Made by a program: the position numbers and the translations under genes | Notes under the pieces: generated by a model | What the model was told of the DNA's origin: nothing | Database searches by the model: none | What the model saw: the letters and a program-made list of their open reading frames with translations, nothing else | Shown here: in pieces, positions 21,327-33,697 of the stretch | Position numbering within the stretch: position 1 is the stretch's first letter | Layout of the letters: each line of letters begins with the position of its first letter | Source of the DNA: Amphiscolops sp. MND2022 | Lineage: Eukaryota | DNA: 64,000 bases | Assembly (NCBI GenBank): GCA_964187785.1 | Contig: OZ076413.1 | Coordinates: forward strand, 46,564,001-46,628,000 | Direction: 5' to 3'

Positions 21327-22432
21327 AGTCCCATTTTTCACGTGGAAAAGATGCATAAGTATTGCAACGTCTTTTCGATATGTGCTAAAAAATTTTAAAA
21401 CAGTCGCTTTTGGACGATAGTTCAGACAGTTTGGAAATTTTGCACCCAGAGTTGTCCAAGTTTACCGAGAAAATGAATATATATCTAAAGAACCGTTTTC
21501 ACGGGAACAATCGAAACCGCGTCGAAACTAGAACCCAATTTTGAGCCAAGAGTGGAGAGTCGTGACAAACACGTGTCAAATTTATACCAAGTTAGTCATG
21601 ATGCATTCTTTAAATTGAGCCAAAATCAGTTAAACCCACCTTCCAAACAAGACTCTAAATGCTCACATCGAACGATCGTCATGACTAAAACTAATTTGTC
21701 CGGGACATAAAAGTTCAAAAATAGGACAAAATAATTTAGCCGTATCAATGCAATAAAATTGGTAAAAGTAAATCGTAAGTAAATTCTTCTGTTCACTTTC
21801 TCAATCGGGCCATTATTACGTTTTACCCTGATTACGTAACCCTGGTTTCAAACGTCATCAAAACGACGTCAACAACCCAAATTACGTCAGCGACAACTGA
21901 ATTCTGTCCTCCAATCTTAGCGATGCAGAAAAGCCATTAATGATGGCTATCTCGCTTGTTTCAAAATGTATTAATTAGCTCATTGTTCAGCCACACAATA
22001 ATTGCATCATCCATTTGTTTGAAAGTATAATAAATTTCTAACCAAAATGAATCTTATACAAAAAGTATTTTCCTGTTAATTCAGAACATCAACCGTTTCG
22101 AGATAAGAGGGTTGCCTTTAATGGGATGAATCAGAAAAAAATGTTCCCTCTTCCGGTATTCATTGTTTTAACTCAAAGTAGTTGCTTGAAAAAGGAAGAT
22201 AAAGAGTTAAAAGAGGAATGTAGTAAGTGAATGAAATTTTAGTTCAATTATTTGTAATTTTGTGATTATATAGTAACTTTGTAATCTTTGTAATTTTGTG
22301 ATATATATTGCACAAAATAAAGCCGGTACCACCCAAGGTGGACAGTTTTCAAAAACATTCAAGCCTGTTCTCTTTAGGTGAAAATCAGAAGTGATAAAAT
22401 AGACTTGTAAATAATGGTACTATGACGTCATT

Positions 22433-22632
22433 NNNNNNNNNNNNNNNNNNNNNNNNNNNNNNNNNNNNNNNNNNNNNNNNNNNNNNNNNNNNNNNNNNNN
22501 NNNNNNNNNNNNNNNNNNNNNNNNNNNNNNNNNNNNNNNNNNNNNNNNNNNNNNNNNNNNNNNNNNNNNNNNNNNNNNNNNNNNNNNNNNNNNNNNNNNN
22601 NNNNNNNNNNNNNNNNNNNNNNNNNNNNNNNN
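22433..22632. other. Assembly gap
   Basis: 200 N; the round length suggests a placeholder of unknown true size. Confidence 0.99.
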
Positions 22633-22757
22633 TCTCGAAAATCCCTACTTTGTGGATTCATCCGTCGCAATTCAGACTATGCGCTACTAGAGTTTGCTCA
22701 TCTGGAGTTGAGTCATTACCATGGTTGTTTCACTTCTATGTTTCTTCTGACTGAGTA

Positions 22758-23582
22758 CCCAGGTTTTCGATCTTTGCGAATCTGTGCAGATCTGTAGGAT
22801 TTTTGCAGATCGTTGCAGATATGTGCAGATCTGCAGGATTTTTGCAGATTTTTGCAGATATGTGCAGATTCGAAGAAAAATGACCTTATCAGAAACACAC
22901 TAAAATACAAACAGCGATGTCAAACGAATAATATAAATGTTTAAAACTCGAGAGAAGTCTCATTAATGTAAAAATGATGAAACATTTTTCTGCAGAGTTT
23001 TGCAGATCCTTACAGATCTTTACAGATCCAAACAATGACCAGTAAATTACTATAACGTATTCCGAGTTACCAGAAATTATTAAAATTACTCCAACAAACC
23101 ATGTTCCCGGTATATTACAACAACAACACTTTATCAACACATCTACCAACCCAGAAGGTTGCCACATGTCAAATTGCATCCGTCTAAACGAAGTCAATGA
23201 GGCAAACGAGCTTCTCAAAGTTCAACAACTACATCTGGAAAGTTCAAGTGAAATGGATAAATTACGGTGTATAACCAATGCGGCTCATTCTCCAGTCACC
23301 ATAACTACCGTGATGGGGACAAATTTTTCTTCTCGAGAATTTTGAGCTGGTCAGCTGAAGTAGTTGATGAAGTAGTTAAAGAAGTCCAAAAACGCAGTCA
23401 TTGGTTCCTTAGAAGCTGCAGAAAAACATATTTCTGCAGAAATCTTTAAAGAAAATCTGCACACTTCAGTAAAGATCTTGCAGATCTGTATGGATCTTCA
23501 AGATTCAGTGCAACGATCTTTGCAGAACCCTGCAGAAAAATCCTGCAGATCTGCACAGATTCGCAAAGATCGAAAACCTGGG
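22758..23582. mobile_element. Non-autonomous DNA transposon (MITE), long TIRs, TA target
   Basis: TA|CCCAGGTTTTCGATCTTTGCGAATCTGTGCAGATCTG...CAGATTCGCAAAGATCGAAAACCTGGG|TA; subterminal TGCAGA repeats. Confidence 0.9.
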
Positions 23583-24469
23583 TAGTATAAAGTGATTCTT
23601 TTTTTTTCAACTTGCTTCTCGGATCTGCCTATTTTTGATAATTAGAGCGTGAAGTAATGAAAACAATTTTTTTGAGCATTTGAGTGAAATTATTTGGCAG
23701 CTGTAACTAATCCATGAGGTCGGCCTAAAGTTTTTCGCGTAAATTTTGTGCGACTTGCCCCAAACATTTTCCGAAATATTATTAAACAATGGTTTTTTGG
23801 ATATAAATTGTTCTTCTATGAACTTTTTTGAAGTTTTCATTTTCTGCTTAACAAATTGATTTTCGAGTCAAAAAGGAGACATCTTTGTTTATTTTCGGTA
23901 CCGTATGACTCATAAAATATTTTCCATTAATTGTAACTAAGTATATGAAAAAGACTTTGGTTTTTTGGGCTCTGTTCGACTTTTTTCTTTTCTTGCTTTT
24001 CTTCCTTTTTCATAGACATGCGATGCCTTGCTTTTTGATGTTTTCATTTTTTCAAAGGGTAACTTTTGGGAATTTTAAACAATGTGCATCTTTTCTCCGG
24101 AAAACAAAATATCAAAAAGTCACAAAGACGAGTTTATTTAAACATTTTAGTCAAGAAAAAAGCTCTTATTTCTCTTTCTACACATTGTAGAAAATTGTTT
24201 CCCACATCAATCCTAGTCGAGATTGCTTGAACTTTTTATGCTGTATGGAACCATGCAAACTAATTTTTTTTACAAAACATAAAAATTCAGGGAGCGTGCA
24301 TGGAAAGAATTTGAAGGATTACAATGCAGCCTCCACTACTTGAATTAAAGCTGAAAACATTTCCACTTCTTATCCAACACGATCACTTCGTTTTTAGGTG
24401 TCAATTTCTCAAGTAAGTACCTTATGTAACTTATGTAATCAGCGTTAGTCAAATAGCACGCTGAATATG

Positions 24470-24599
24470 GGAGACAGGAATAAGATCTAATGGAATGAGA
24501 TCTAACGCTTTGTGGTTGGTGGAGAACACACCATCCATGTCAATTTCAGACTTTTGATTGGTTTAGATCTTATTCCGTTAGATCTTATTCTGCTTTCCA
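24470..24599. mobile_element. Small Mutator-like MITE
   Basis: Inverted GAATAAGATCTAA repeats flanked by the direct repeat GCTGAATATG (24460-24469 and 24600-24609). Confidence 0.65.
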
Positions 24600-25049
24600 G
24601 CTGAATATGACGCTAATTAGAAACTTAAAATGTGACTGAATTTCATTTGCATTAAAATCGCGGTAAAATTGATGAAAATCTCAGCTGCTTTCAAAATTAT
24701 AACGACGTTCTAATGAAACCTGCAAAATTTTGCGGCGCAAACCGTTTTAGTGAATGTTTTTTTGAGAAATTTGATTATACAAAAATGATGGAAATTTACC
24801 TTGGTAACCCACAAAACATGCAAAATGTTCAAGCAGTTCTAACCAGGGATAGCTCTGGCAGCGCGAGATTTCAGAACAAATATGTCACGAGCTTCTGTAA
24901 ATTTTGAAACTGAGCTATGATGAAATATATTTCAGATAAGAACATTTTCGATGAAGAAAGCACTGTATCCGAATTGTCGACGTTATTCACATATTTTGAA
25001 GTTGTGTTATGACATACAGTAAATTTTGACAAAAATACCATTTACCCTA

Positions 25050-25550
25050 TTTTTTAGCCGGCGCTTCATGAACGCGACTATTATAGTGACTCTTTTTTTC
25101 TATCCACGCGAACTGACCAAAATAGTTCTTAAAAGTTCTACCAAATATTATGGTGTCAAATTGCACCATTTGGCCTAGCGAACTGGATCAAAAAGGTTTT
25201 CCCTGTTTTTCCGCGTAACATACCATACCGGGCAACACCAAAGGGTCCCCCCTTTCAATTTTTTTCGGCACTGCGAGACATTTTTCCCGGAAATTTTTTT
25301 CTCCAAAGGGCCCCCCTGCATTTTTTTGATGTTTTGCGACAGAATGGATGTTGAAAAATCCCAAAAGGCCCCCCTTTCAGTTTTTTCGGCCTTGTGAGGT
25401 TTTTTCCCAAAAATAAAATTTTTTTTCTTCAATTTTTTCATGTTTTGCGACAGAATGGATGTTGAAAAACCTCAATGGGTCCCTCCTTTCAGTTTTTCGG
25501 CTTCGCGAGACTTTTTAAATTTTTTTTTCATTATTTCGGAAAAATTTTTC
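25050..25550 (+). mobile_element. Helentron/HINE-like repeat, 3'-truncated copy
   Basis: Starts TTTTTAGCCGGCGC and shares the internal AAAGGGTCCCCCC / TTTTCGGCACT repeats. Confidence 0.5.
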
Positions 25551-25659
25551 ATAAAAAGGATGAACGAAGGAAATCTGAATTACAAATTGCCCTTCAACAC
25601 CCAATATATACAATCATGTGTGAGCTGGTATTTCCGATCATTAGACGCATTTTAGTTAA

Positions 25660-26195
25660 CCTCGTCAGCACACCGAAAAGTCGAACAATTAACAAAAAAA
25701 CTGGCAACATTTTTAAATGCGTAATTTCTCCACGAATAATCGCCCCAGTGCAAATCGGTTTTCTGCTCCTGAAAGCCCTTCACCTAAGCTTTCAGATGCA
25801 CGCCCTTTAAGTCGGGAGTAGGCGCCACTTTTTGGGCCTTTCAAATGCTGGTCGAACTCTTAGCTGAATCTTCATCGAAAAAAAACTTTAATATGCGTTT
25901 TCATTAGTGGCAAGGTGTGTTACTAGAGTGTGACAGTAACTTAGCAAACAGTTGCTGTGTTTTTGAGAAAAAACTAATTTTCTGAAAAATTTTTTTGCAA
26001 GATTTCACTTTTTTCCAGTCACTCTTTTGCCGGTGGTTCCGAAAAACAAAATATATTGACACAAATAACAACTCGCCCCAAATTGTCCAATAGATTGTTG
26101 ATTAGAAAGACAAGCTTTCGTTTTCGTATATCCTTTTTGCGTTTCGTAATTTTTTATTGATTGTGAAAAAATCGCTGTCCTCAAGACTATTCAGT
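25660..26195. mobile_element. Internally deleted, truncated copy of the piggyBac-like element
   Basis: TTAA|CCTCGTCAGCACACCG matches the 57972 end inverted; 26110-26185 matches 55950-56020 inverted. Confidence 0.7.
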
Positions 26196-26331
26196 TGATT
26201 TTTCGTTTTCAATCATTTGAGTTTTGTAAGAGTCGTTTTTTTCCGAAAACCTGTTCAAATAGTCTACCAGTAGTACCCAAGTGCCACTGTGCCTCTTGTT
26301 GTTACCTCAAATTGGACTATACTACAATCTT

Positions 26332-26449
26332 TATAACGTTTAACGTATATAACGTATATACGTATATAACGTATAACGTATATAACGTATATAACGTATA
26401 TCGAATATTTTATCGTAACATATGTTACGATAAAATATTCGATATACGT
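26332..26449. repeat. TATAACG(TA) minisatellite followed by a 56-bp perfect palindrome (26394-26449)
   Basis: ACGTATATCGAATATTTTATCGTAACAT|ATGTTACGATAAAATATTCGATATACGT. Confidence 0.9.
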
Positions 26450-27612
26450 GAACTGAATTTCGTCTTGTCAAAAAGAGGCTGCGGTTTTGTAAGGCAGACT
26501 TTTAGGACTGTACGAAAACTTTGGCAGTGTCACTGTGCCTCATGATGCTCTCTTTAAAGTAGCGCTTGTTGTATGTATTCATTGAGTGTTAACCAAAAAT
26601 CTTTACGGATTGAGGCAGATGAGGCAATAAAAGAACCTTCGAAGTGTCTTGTTAGTTAATACGCTAGAATGCTGTTCCCATGAAAAGAAGGAAAATTCTC
26701 AGCCCGCCAAAATTTTTAGAAACGGTTTGTTTGAACTTCAACAAAGCTTCGCAAGCAAGATGGTATAATAAGTAAATTAACAATATTTAACTATACCGTG
26801 TCTGGAAAGTCTAGACAGCTGCAATGCAAAAAATTGGTTGGCACGGTCATTACGAAATAAATGACAAGGGAGATCGATTTGACAAGAAAGACAAACAACA
26901 CGGAAAATCTAGATCAGTACCATCTGACATCGAATGACCTGAGAAAGACATCTTTGTCAGGGCAATCTGACAAAAAGACATAAAAGGAGAACCCAGAATA
27001 TTCGTGTCAGTGAACCAACAATCCTACCTTTCCATCAACTTTCCAGCACTTTCCCACTGAACTTCCCACCAGAAAGAAAAACACCACACTCAAGCTGACA
27101 CATCTGCGATAATTGTGAACCTTTGTGACTTTTGTGATCTAAGTGAATCCGCAGCAGACGTTTGGTTGAGAGTATTAGATGAAGCAAAACAATGCGAACG
27201 CAATCAGTTGGCACCGACTCAACTGCTCGCTTCCTAGCTCTTTTTTTTAAATATCAAATCAACGTTAGAAGATGATATAAAGAACCGAATGATGAAACGA
27301 GAGTCAACAATTGAGGCCATCACTGAACGATTTGTATATGAAAAACAAAAAAACCCTTCGGGAAACGATAACGAAAGCAGAAACAAACACGGTCGTAAAA
27401 ACAAAAGACAAATTCAAATTAAAAAACAATCGCAACGCGTCTATGTTTACTTGTGAAAAGATGAAATTTCAATTGGGACTCGGGAGAAACAATGATACTG
27501 TTGTGTCTTTCTTTGTCATCACAGCATGGATAACGTTTAAGATATATAAAGGTTTTCACAAAAAAAACCTTCAAATGTTAAAACTGTTATCTAATTATTA
27601 ACTAATAAGTAA

Positions 27613-28052
27613 CAGGGTTGGTCAAAATGTGTTTTTTTACAAAAAAAACGTTTAAAACGTTTTAAACGTTTAAAACATGTTTAAAACATCATTTTTTCGT
27701 GTTAGGAAAATGGTCCCAAAAACTCTGATTTTATCCCTACAATTTACCATTTTGAGCAGTTTTTCTACAGTTTTTGGATGTTTTTGTTGTTGAAATTCAA
27801 CAAATTTTAGCATCGAAAGAGTTCAGCATCTTTCAACAGCTGAAAACAAAAAATAAGACGCCCGCTGACAAGCGAGGTAATTTCCGCCCCCAACTGCTCT
27901 ACTACGACATAATTTTGAGGCGCAAAAATATTCCAAACATTGAGCAAACCATTAGAAAAAAACATACAAAAAAACATGCAAAAAAACAAGTGTTTAAAAC
28001 AGTGTTTAAAACAGTGTTTTAAACACCCCCTGTTTAAAACATGCCAACTCTG
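27613..28052. mobile_element. hAT-type MITE
   Basis: Termini CAGGGTTGG / CCAACTCTG, perfect 8-bp TSD ATAAGTAA (27605-27612 and 28053-28060), subterminal GTTTAAAAC repeats. Confidence 0.88.
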
Positions 28053-28135
28053 ATAAGTAATAATATTATTTACTAAGTAATAAGTACTTTTTCTGAAATT
28101 TGAGATTAAGACAAATTCGGGAGCAAATTACTCAC

Positions 28136-28429
28136 ATCGCCGATACTTCAAATTCATCTTCATCAACTCTGGCGGCCACAGTTTTGGTAACCGGAGATTT
28201 TTCCAGTTTGATCAACGTATCCAGAGGTTTTGTATGTAGGTTCAGAGACTTGGTTGTCTCTGGACTGAACTTGTGCTGTTTATCGCTGATTATCATCACT
28301 TCTCGCTGAACTGGCTTCTGTTTGGGAACTAAGTCTTTTCCTATATCCTTGATCTCTACAAACTCGTGCTCGCTGTAGGCAGGCGAGTTGAAAAGCATGT
28401 TGTTGTTGTTTTTCGTTTTCTTCGTGAAC
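28136..28429 (-). CDS. Cys-loop channel exon (M3-M4 cytoplasmic loop)
   Basis: Acceptor ctttgtctcag|G and donor GCGAT|gtgagt; 294 nt, phase 2 to 2, open. Confidence 0.8.
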
Positions 28430-28752
28430 CTGAGACAAAGATTGGGAGAATTAGACACACAGAAAGGTATCAAAAAATACTCACAGAAAGCTCCAGTATT
28501 CGGTTGTTGGAAAGTTATTCCAACATTTTTTACCCAATTTGAAATGAAAACTTATTAGAAAGTTTTTTTAACCAGCTCGTAAAAAACCTTTCATTATGAA
28601 GCTAGTATATATACTAAAACTATATGTCTGAAAAAATACCTGAATGAAACGACATACTACGACGGGCAATTTATCCAATGCTGCAATTATTAATTCACAA
28701 AGAAGTTTAAAAATTATTTCATTTCAATCTTCTCGTTGTTCTTTGTTCTTAC

Positions 28753-29109
28753 CTGGGGGAGGAATGGATGTTGTTGAGGGGTGTGACGGGGGGCAAGAGA
28801 GGACTGGTACTAGAGGGACTGTCGGTTCTCCCATTCTTCGAAGCCTTAGTGAGGTCATAAAGCAACGACTCGTGATTTTTCAGAGGACTCTTCTTCGAAA
28901 ACTGAACATGTTTCGTCCCAAGCACCGGGGTATGTTCCATATCACTCTGTGACTCATTTGAATCCAATTCTTTGAGTTCTAAGATCTTGTCGCGTCTCAA
29001 GATAGCTTGTCGCAACGAAAGCGGGCTGCTGTTAGCGGGGTTCTGACAATTTCTCAGGAAATCTTCTGATTTGGCAGGTACTTCGTTTTTAGCATCTTTG
29101 GTCAGGTAC
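28753..29109 (-). CDS. Cys-loop channel exon (M3-M4 cytoplasmic loop)
   Basis: Acceptor ttcgtttag|G and donor CCCAG|gtaaga; 357 nt, phase 2 to 2, open and hydrophilic. Confidence 0.8.
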
Positions 29110-29568
29110 CTAAACGAATAGTTAGATTTGGTATGCAAAATTTCTCAAAATGATGTTGCATTCTGAACATCTTAGAGCTCCATGATTTGTCACAATATAG
29201 GTCAATTATTTTCAACTTGATTTGGAGAATAATGCATACTGCTACTTCAAGGATTAGAATGAGTTTTGAAAGGTATACAAAAGCGTGAGAAATTAAGTTA
29301 ATTCCGTTTTCCTGCTCAGTTTAAATTTGTCACTCATCTTTTATCAAAAAGTCTGAGACCTATAAGCTATAATCTTGCAAGCAGGGTAACTATCTAACGA
29401 TGTTAGCGTCTACATGTCTATCGAACAACGAACTTTTCATTCTAGAACTTTGTTTCTGGATGAGTTCTATTGAATGTGTCGACGGTCGCAGGAATGTTAG
29501 GACCCTTAATACATGCAAGATTCCAAACTGACTAACTAAATTCCACATATGATTCCTAAATTCCTCAC

Positions 29569-29928
29569 CCGTTGGTTGATTTGTGGTCCGGGGACGGATG
29601 GGGAGTTTCCTTGGCGGCTGAGTTTCTGAGAACTTCCCCAATTGATGAGTCACCGGTAGTTTGTTTTTGCTGCCCCTTTCTGCTTTCTAGTAGCAGGTTA
29701 TGTAAACTCTTCCTCCTAGAGTTGGCGTCTGAATCAGCATTCGCCTTTGGAGTTGTATTGGGTTTCTGCTTTAGCTTTTCCCGCGTTGATTGGAGCCATG
29801 ATTTAGCCATGGTTTTGACGGGGGGTTCATAGGATACTAGCGCGAATTCGATTAGACTGGCAAAAACGAAAAAGAAATTGATGATTAAATAGAGGTCTGC
29901 AACTTTCAAGTCTGCTATCCCAGGAAAT
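29569..29928 (-). CDS. Cys-loop channel exon (M2-M3 loop, M3, start of cytoplasmic loop)
   Basis: Acceptor gtcatttcag|A and donor AACGG|gtgagg; 360 nt, phase 2 to 2. Encodes FPGIADLKVADLYLIINFFFVFASLIEFALVSY (M3 motif FVFxxLxEFAxV). Confidence 0.95.
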
Positions 29929-30167
29929 CTGAAATGACAGGGAAAAACATGTAAATTTAAATGGAAGTTTGCACCGAACAACCGAACAAAGTTCCATATT
30001 CAAGTTTGATGCATTTAGGCAAAAACCAAAAAAAAACATGCATGCAGCAGATGATGACAACTAGAAATTGTGGATAAATAAACATTTACTTCAACAAAAG
30101 TTTTAAAAACGTTGAATATGTGGGCCAACGGCACACTGTGTAGATTACTCATCTTGCAAAAGAGCCG

Positions 30168-30750
30168 TTTTTAGTCGGCGCATTTTATCAAAATGAGCCC
30201 GACTATTACAGTGGCAAGTTTCTTTCTCTCTTTTTTTCGTCAGACCACAGAATGTATGCGTAGTGGACACTTTTTACAGAACTACTAAAGTACTGGACCG
30301 GCAAGCGGAATCGCACCTAAGTTAGTGCAAAGGGCCCCTTTCGTGTACTCAATTTTTAACGTAAGATACAAAACCGGACGGGACTAGGACTACAGGGTAA
30401 CCCCTTTGAATTTTTTTCGGCACTGTGCGACTTTTTATCGAAATTTTTTTGTACCCAAAGGGTCGCCCTTCAAGTTTTTTGGTATTTTGCAGCAAACTGA
30501 AGTTTCAAAAACCCCTTTCTAGTTTATCGGCACTATGAGACTGTTTCAAAAATCTCATTTTTCGTTTCATTTTCGAAAATTTTTTCAAAAATTTTTTAAA
30601 TAGTTTTTAAATATTTCCTTCAACTTTTTTGACATTTTGCAACAAACTGGATTTGAGAAAGTCTAAAGGGTCCCCCCTTTTACAATTTTAAAAACTTTGC
30701 ACCTTTTGAGCCTTAGATATAGCGCCGACTTTAGACGTTCCCGTCTTGTT
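30168..30750 (+). mobile_element. Helentron/HINE-like interspersed repeat
   Basis: 5' TTTTTAGTCGGCGC, 3' subterminal GCGCCGACT and a short hairpin AGACG-ttcc-CGTCT before TGTT; internal TTTTCGGCACT / AAGGGTCCCC repeats. Confidence 0.6.
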
Positions 30751-31426
30751 GAAGAAAGACAATTTCGAATATGGAAAAAAATGTTGGAGTGAATATCGCT
30801 TTCGATAGATTATCTGTATTGTTTCTTGCAAAACTTAATGATACCTCTTTCCTACTTTAAACTAAAAAAAATGTAAATACACTACCTTCTGAAAATAAAT
30901 GACTATTTTATTGTCATTTATTAATGAAGGAAATACAGTGTTTTTTTTTTTCTTGTTATCTTATCGGTGTCATTGTGATAACGTCTTGATTAAGTCTTTC
31001 TCTCATGTTCAGAGTTTACAGGCATGGCTGTTCCATTAAAACACAGTTTTCGCAAGAAGTTAATAAAAAGTTTGGTATCTGCATGCTTTTTCGACTTCAA
31101 GCTCAAGATCGTGGCGTGAGTTTTGAAAAACATGATCCAAAAAAAGCTGGCCATTCATGCTAAAAGCGGTCATACAACCAGCATGGGATATTTTGAGCCT
31201 GTTTGTAGCCTAATCTACTTTATCACAACAATTTTCAATCAAATTTGCATAGTTTTAAATGACAGAGACTTTTTAGATTTCTTCGTCTGGATTTCTTCGT
31301 CTTCGCCCAGACCACGAAATCTCTGCTATACTTCTGGGCTGTCAACCCGGGCCTAGCAGTTGGTGCGTTAGGACATATTACCATCAAAAAGGGAGACAAA
31401 ACAGGTGTGAATTTGTTGACACTAAC

Positions 31427-31634
31427 TGGTTGGCAGTGCCTGTGATGAGGGTGATTTGGGCGAGGATGGTGGTGATGGTAAGAGAAGCTCTGGCAGGAAC
31501 TGCTCGTTTGTCTATCCAGAAGCCCACCCACGACAGGGCCACCAAAGAGATAGAGGGCAGGTACATGGTAATGAGAAAGATACTCAGTTTGCGCACCAAT
31601 CTGACTTGAACGCACAGGGTCGTGTAGTTGAAAC
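31427..31634 (-). CDS. Cys-loop channel exon (beta10, M1, M2)
   Basis: Acceptor tcttatttag|GT and donor AACCA|gttagt; 208 nt, phase 1 to 2. Encodes GFNYTTLCVQVRLVRKLSIFLITMYLPSISLVALSWVGFWIDKRAVPARASLTITTILAQITL; the PAR motif indicates anion selectivity. Confidence 0.95.
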
Positions 31635-32048
31635 CTAAATAAGATACACATTCATCTTTATCAAAGTTTTACATGGCAGTTATCGATTGTTTCTAGACTT
31701 TTTTATACCAAAGTGGCAGTCATTCGGATTAAACTGAAAGGAACTTACTAGGTCATATTTACCAGGAAAGTAAAGTCAGGTCAATGAAAATTTATATACT
31801 TAGGCACTAAAAACCGGTTTCTGTGAGAACAGTGATTTCGAAAACTTTGAGCACTGGAAAACTTGACTTCGATCAAAAGCGTTAATTTCTCCAGCAGTTT
31901 TCAAGTTTTTAAAAATGCTTAGATATTGTTAATTGAGTGCTGAAAATTGACAATGCTGACAGCGATGAAATTCAGCTCTATTCGCAACATGTGTTTGCTC
32001 ATATGGACATTTTTCAGAATTCCTTGCTTCTGACAGTTCAATTACCAC

Positions 32049-33590
32049 TGTAATGAGTATTCTCTAGGTCTTCGTTCGTTTCTAGGAAGCTCATCTCTCG
32101 AACTGCTTCTGAATTTGCGGTTTAGGGCTTCTTCAGATCTACATTCCGGTCTTCTGCCCGGGACTTACAATCTCCTACCAGGTACTTGTCCTTGTCCAGA
32201 CCTAAGAGTAGCTTGAATCTGAGGTAGAACTTGTTCGTTTATTAGCCTCACTTACGGCTCTCTGAATTTGTGAGCTAACACTACTCATTAGATCATTCAT
32301 TTCTTGAGTGATCCTTTGGTTCAGTTCCCCTGACAACCTACTAAATTCACTACTGGAGTCAACTTCTCTTGAGTTCAAGCCGTTTCCGGAATAATCCCTA
32401 TTATCATCCACTCTGGAATTAGAGTGAGAATTTACATAATGATTCACCAATGCATTGTAACTAGGACTTTCAGGACGCCTACGACGGCCGCCTACTTGCT
32501 GAATTCGCTTTCTTCTCTCTCTAGATGATTACTGCCTAGCAAAATGTCTAGGTTTTCAATGTCTGATAACATATCAGCTTCTCTTGATTTTCTAGTTTTA
32601 CCGTGTTGCTTTCTTGTGGTAGGTATGAAAAATACCCGATAGAATTATTTAAAATATTTTATCGGAAATTGACTAAACGTCTTGAACCCTGAATAGTTCA
32701 GAAGAATTGTGTCAAGCTTAAAGAGATGGAGGTATATATACCCATTAAGACATGCAACTCACATTTTTTACATGTCATCAATTGTTCAATAATTACATCA
32801 CTCAACTGAAGGAAAATTACGTGAATCCTGGTTATTGCATTCCTAAAAGATCACGTGACAGTCAACTTCAAAAAACATCAAAGCAATGGGAAATTCTCAG
32901 AAATACTCATATTTTTTTTGAAAGCAACTTCAAACAAATAGCTTATCACCATCAATCGAAATATCTTCTCAAAATGTCAACAAAATAATAAAAAGGTATT
33001 ACAAATATGCAGCAGCAATCTCAGGCACCCGCTGGCGTGTGAGACATAATCGGTTATACGAATAGAGCAAACATCAAATTACATGTTGTTTTTTTGTGGT
33101 ATCCTAATTTTGCCAACTAGCACAGTGGCAAGTTTCAAATAAGTGCCGGGACCGGACCAAGGACTGGTACTTACAGCATCACACAAACTTAGTAATATTC
33201 ACATCAAACATAAATTCTCATTGAATTCCATCTCATTAGTAATAATTGCGCTCTCAGTACATGAAATAATAGCATCATAAGCAGAAAAATGGCATCAATA
33301 CATAATCTGGCCGGAACCGGCAAATTGCCTAATTCTAACCAAACATCATCAACGCATAGTCAAGTGGCCGTAATCGGCGAATAATATTACTGCGTACATA
33401 TCTGAAGAGCTGTGATTGTCTGTTTGTTCGCCAGAAAGTCACAAAATATAAAATCATATTATAATTGCCAGTAGATGATAGATTAAGTTTCATTCTAATC
33501 AAAGTTTTACAAAGTTTTAGTATATTGGCAGCGTACCTGTTGCGGCTTCTTGTGCGACTGCTGAAGTAGTTATCCTTGTTCCGTCACTGG
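32049..33590 (-). mobile_element. Probable decayed solo LTR with Gag-N-like remnant; right boundary uncertain
   Basis: Minus strand reads (I)PTTRKQ near 32627, then a coiled-coil-like stretch (SSEFSRLSGELNQRITQEMNDLMSSVSSQIQRA), ending ...CATTACA at 32049. No TSD found. Confidence 0.45.
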
Positions 33591-33595
33591 CGTTA

Positions 33596-33697
33596 AACCT
33601 ACTGGGAAGTTTAACCTACTGGGAAGTTTAACCTACTGGGAAGTTGAACCTACTGGGAAGTTTAACCTACTGGGAAGTTTAACGTACTGGGAAGTTT
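33596..33697. repeat. 17-bp minisatellite, 6 copies
   Basis: AACCTACTGGGAAGTTT in tandem. Confidence 0.92.

Noticed and set aside
22422..22754. ORFs spanning the N run
   Set aside because: Artefacts of the assembly gap.
33596..33697. CRISPR-like array
   Set aside because: Head-to-tail 17-bp units with no unique spacers, in eukaryotic DNA.
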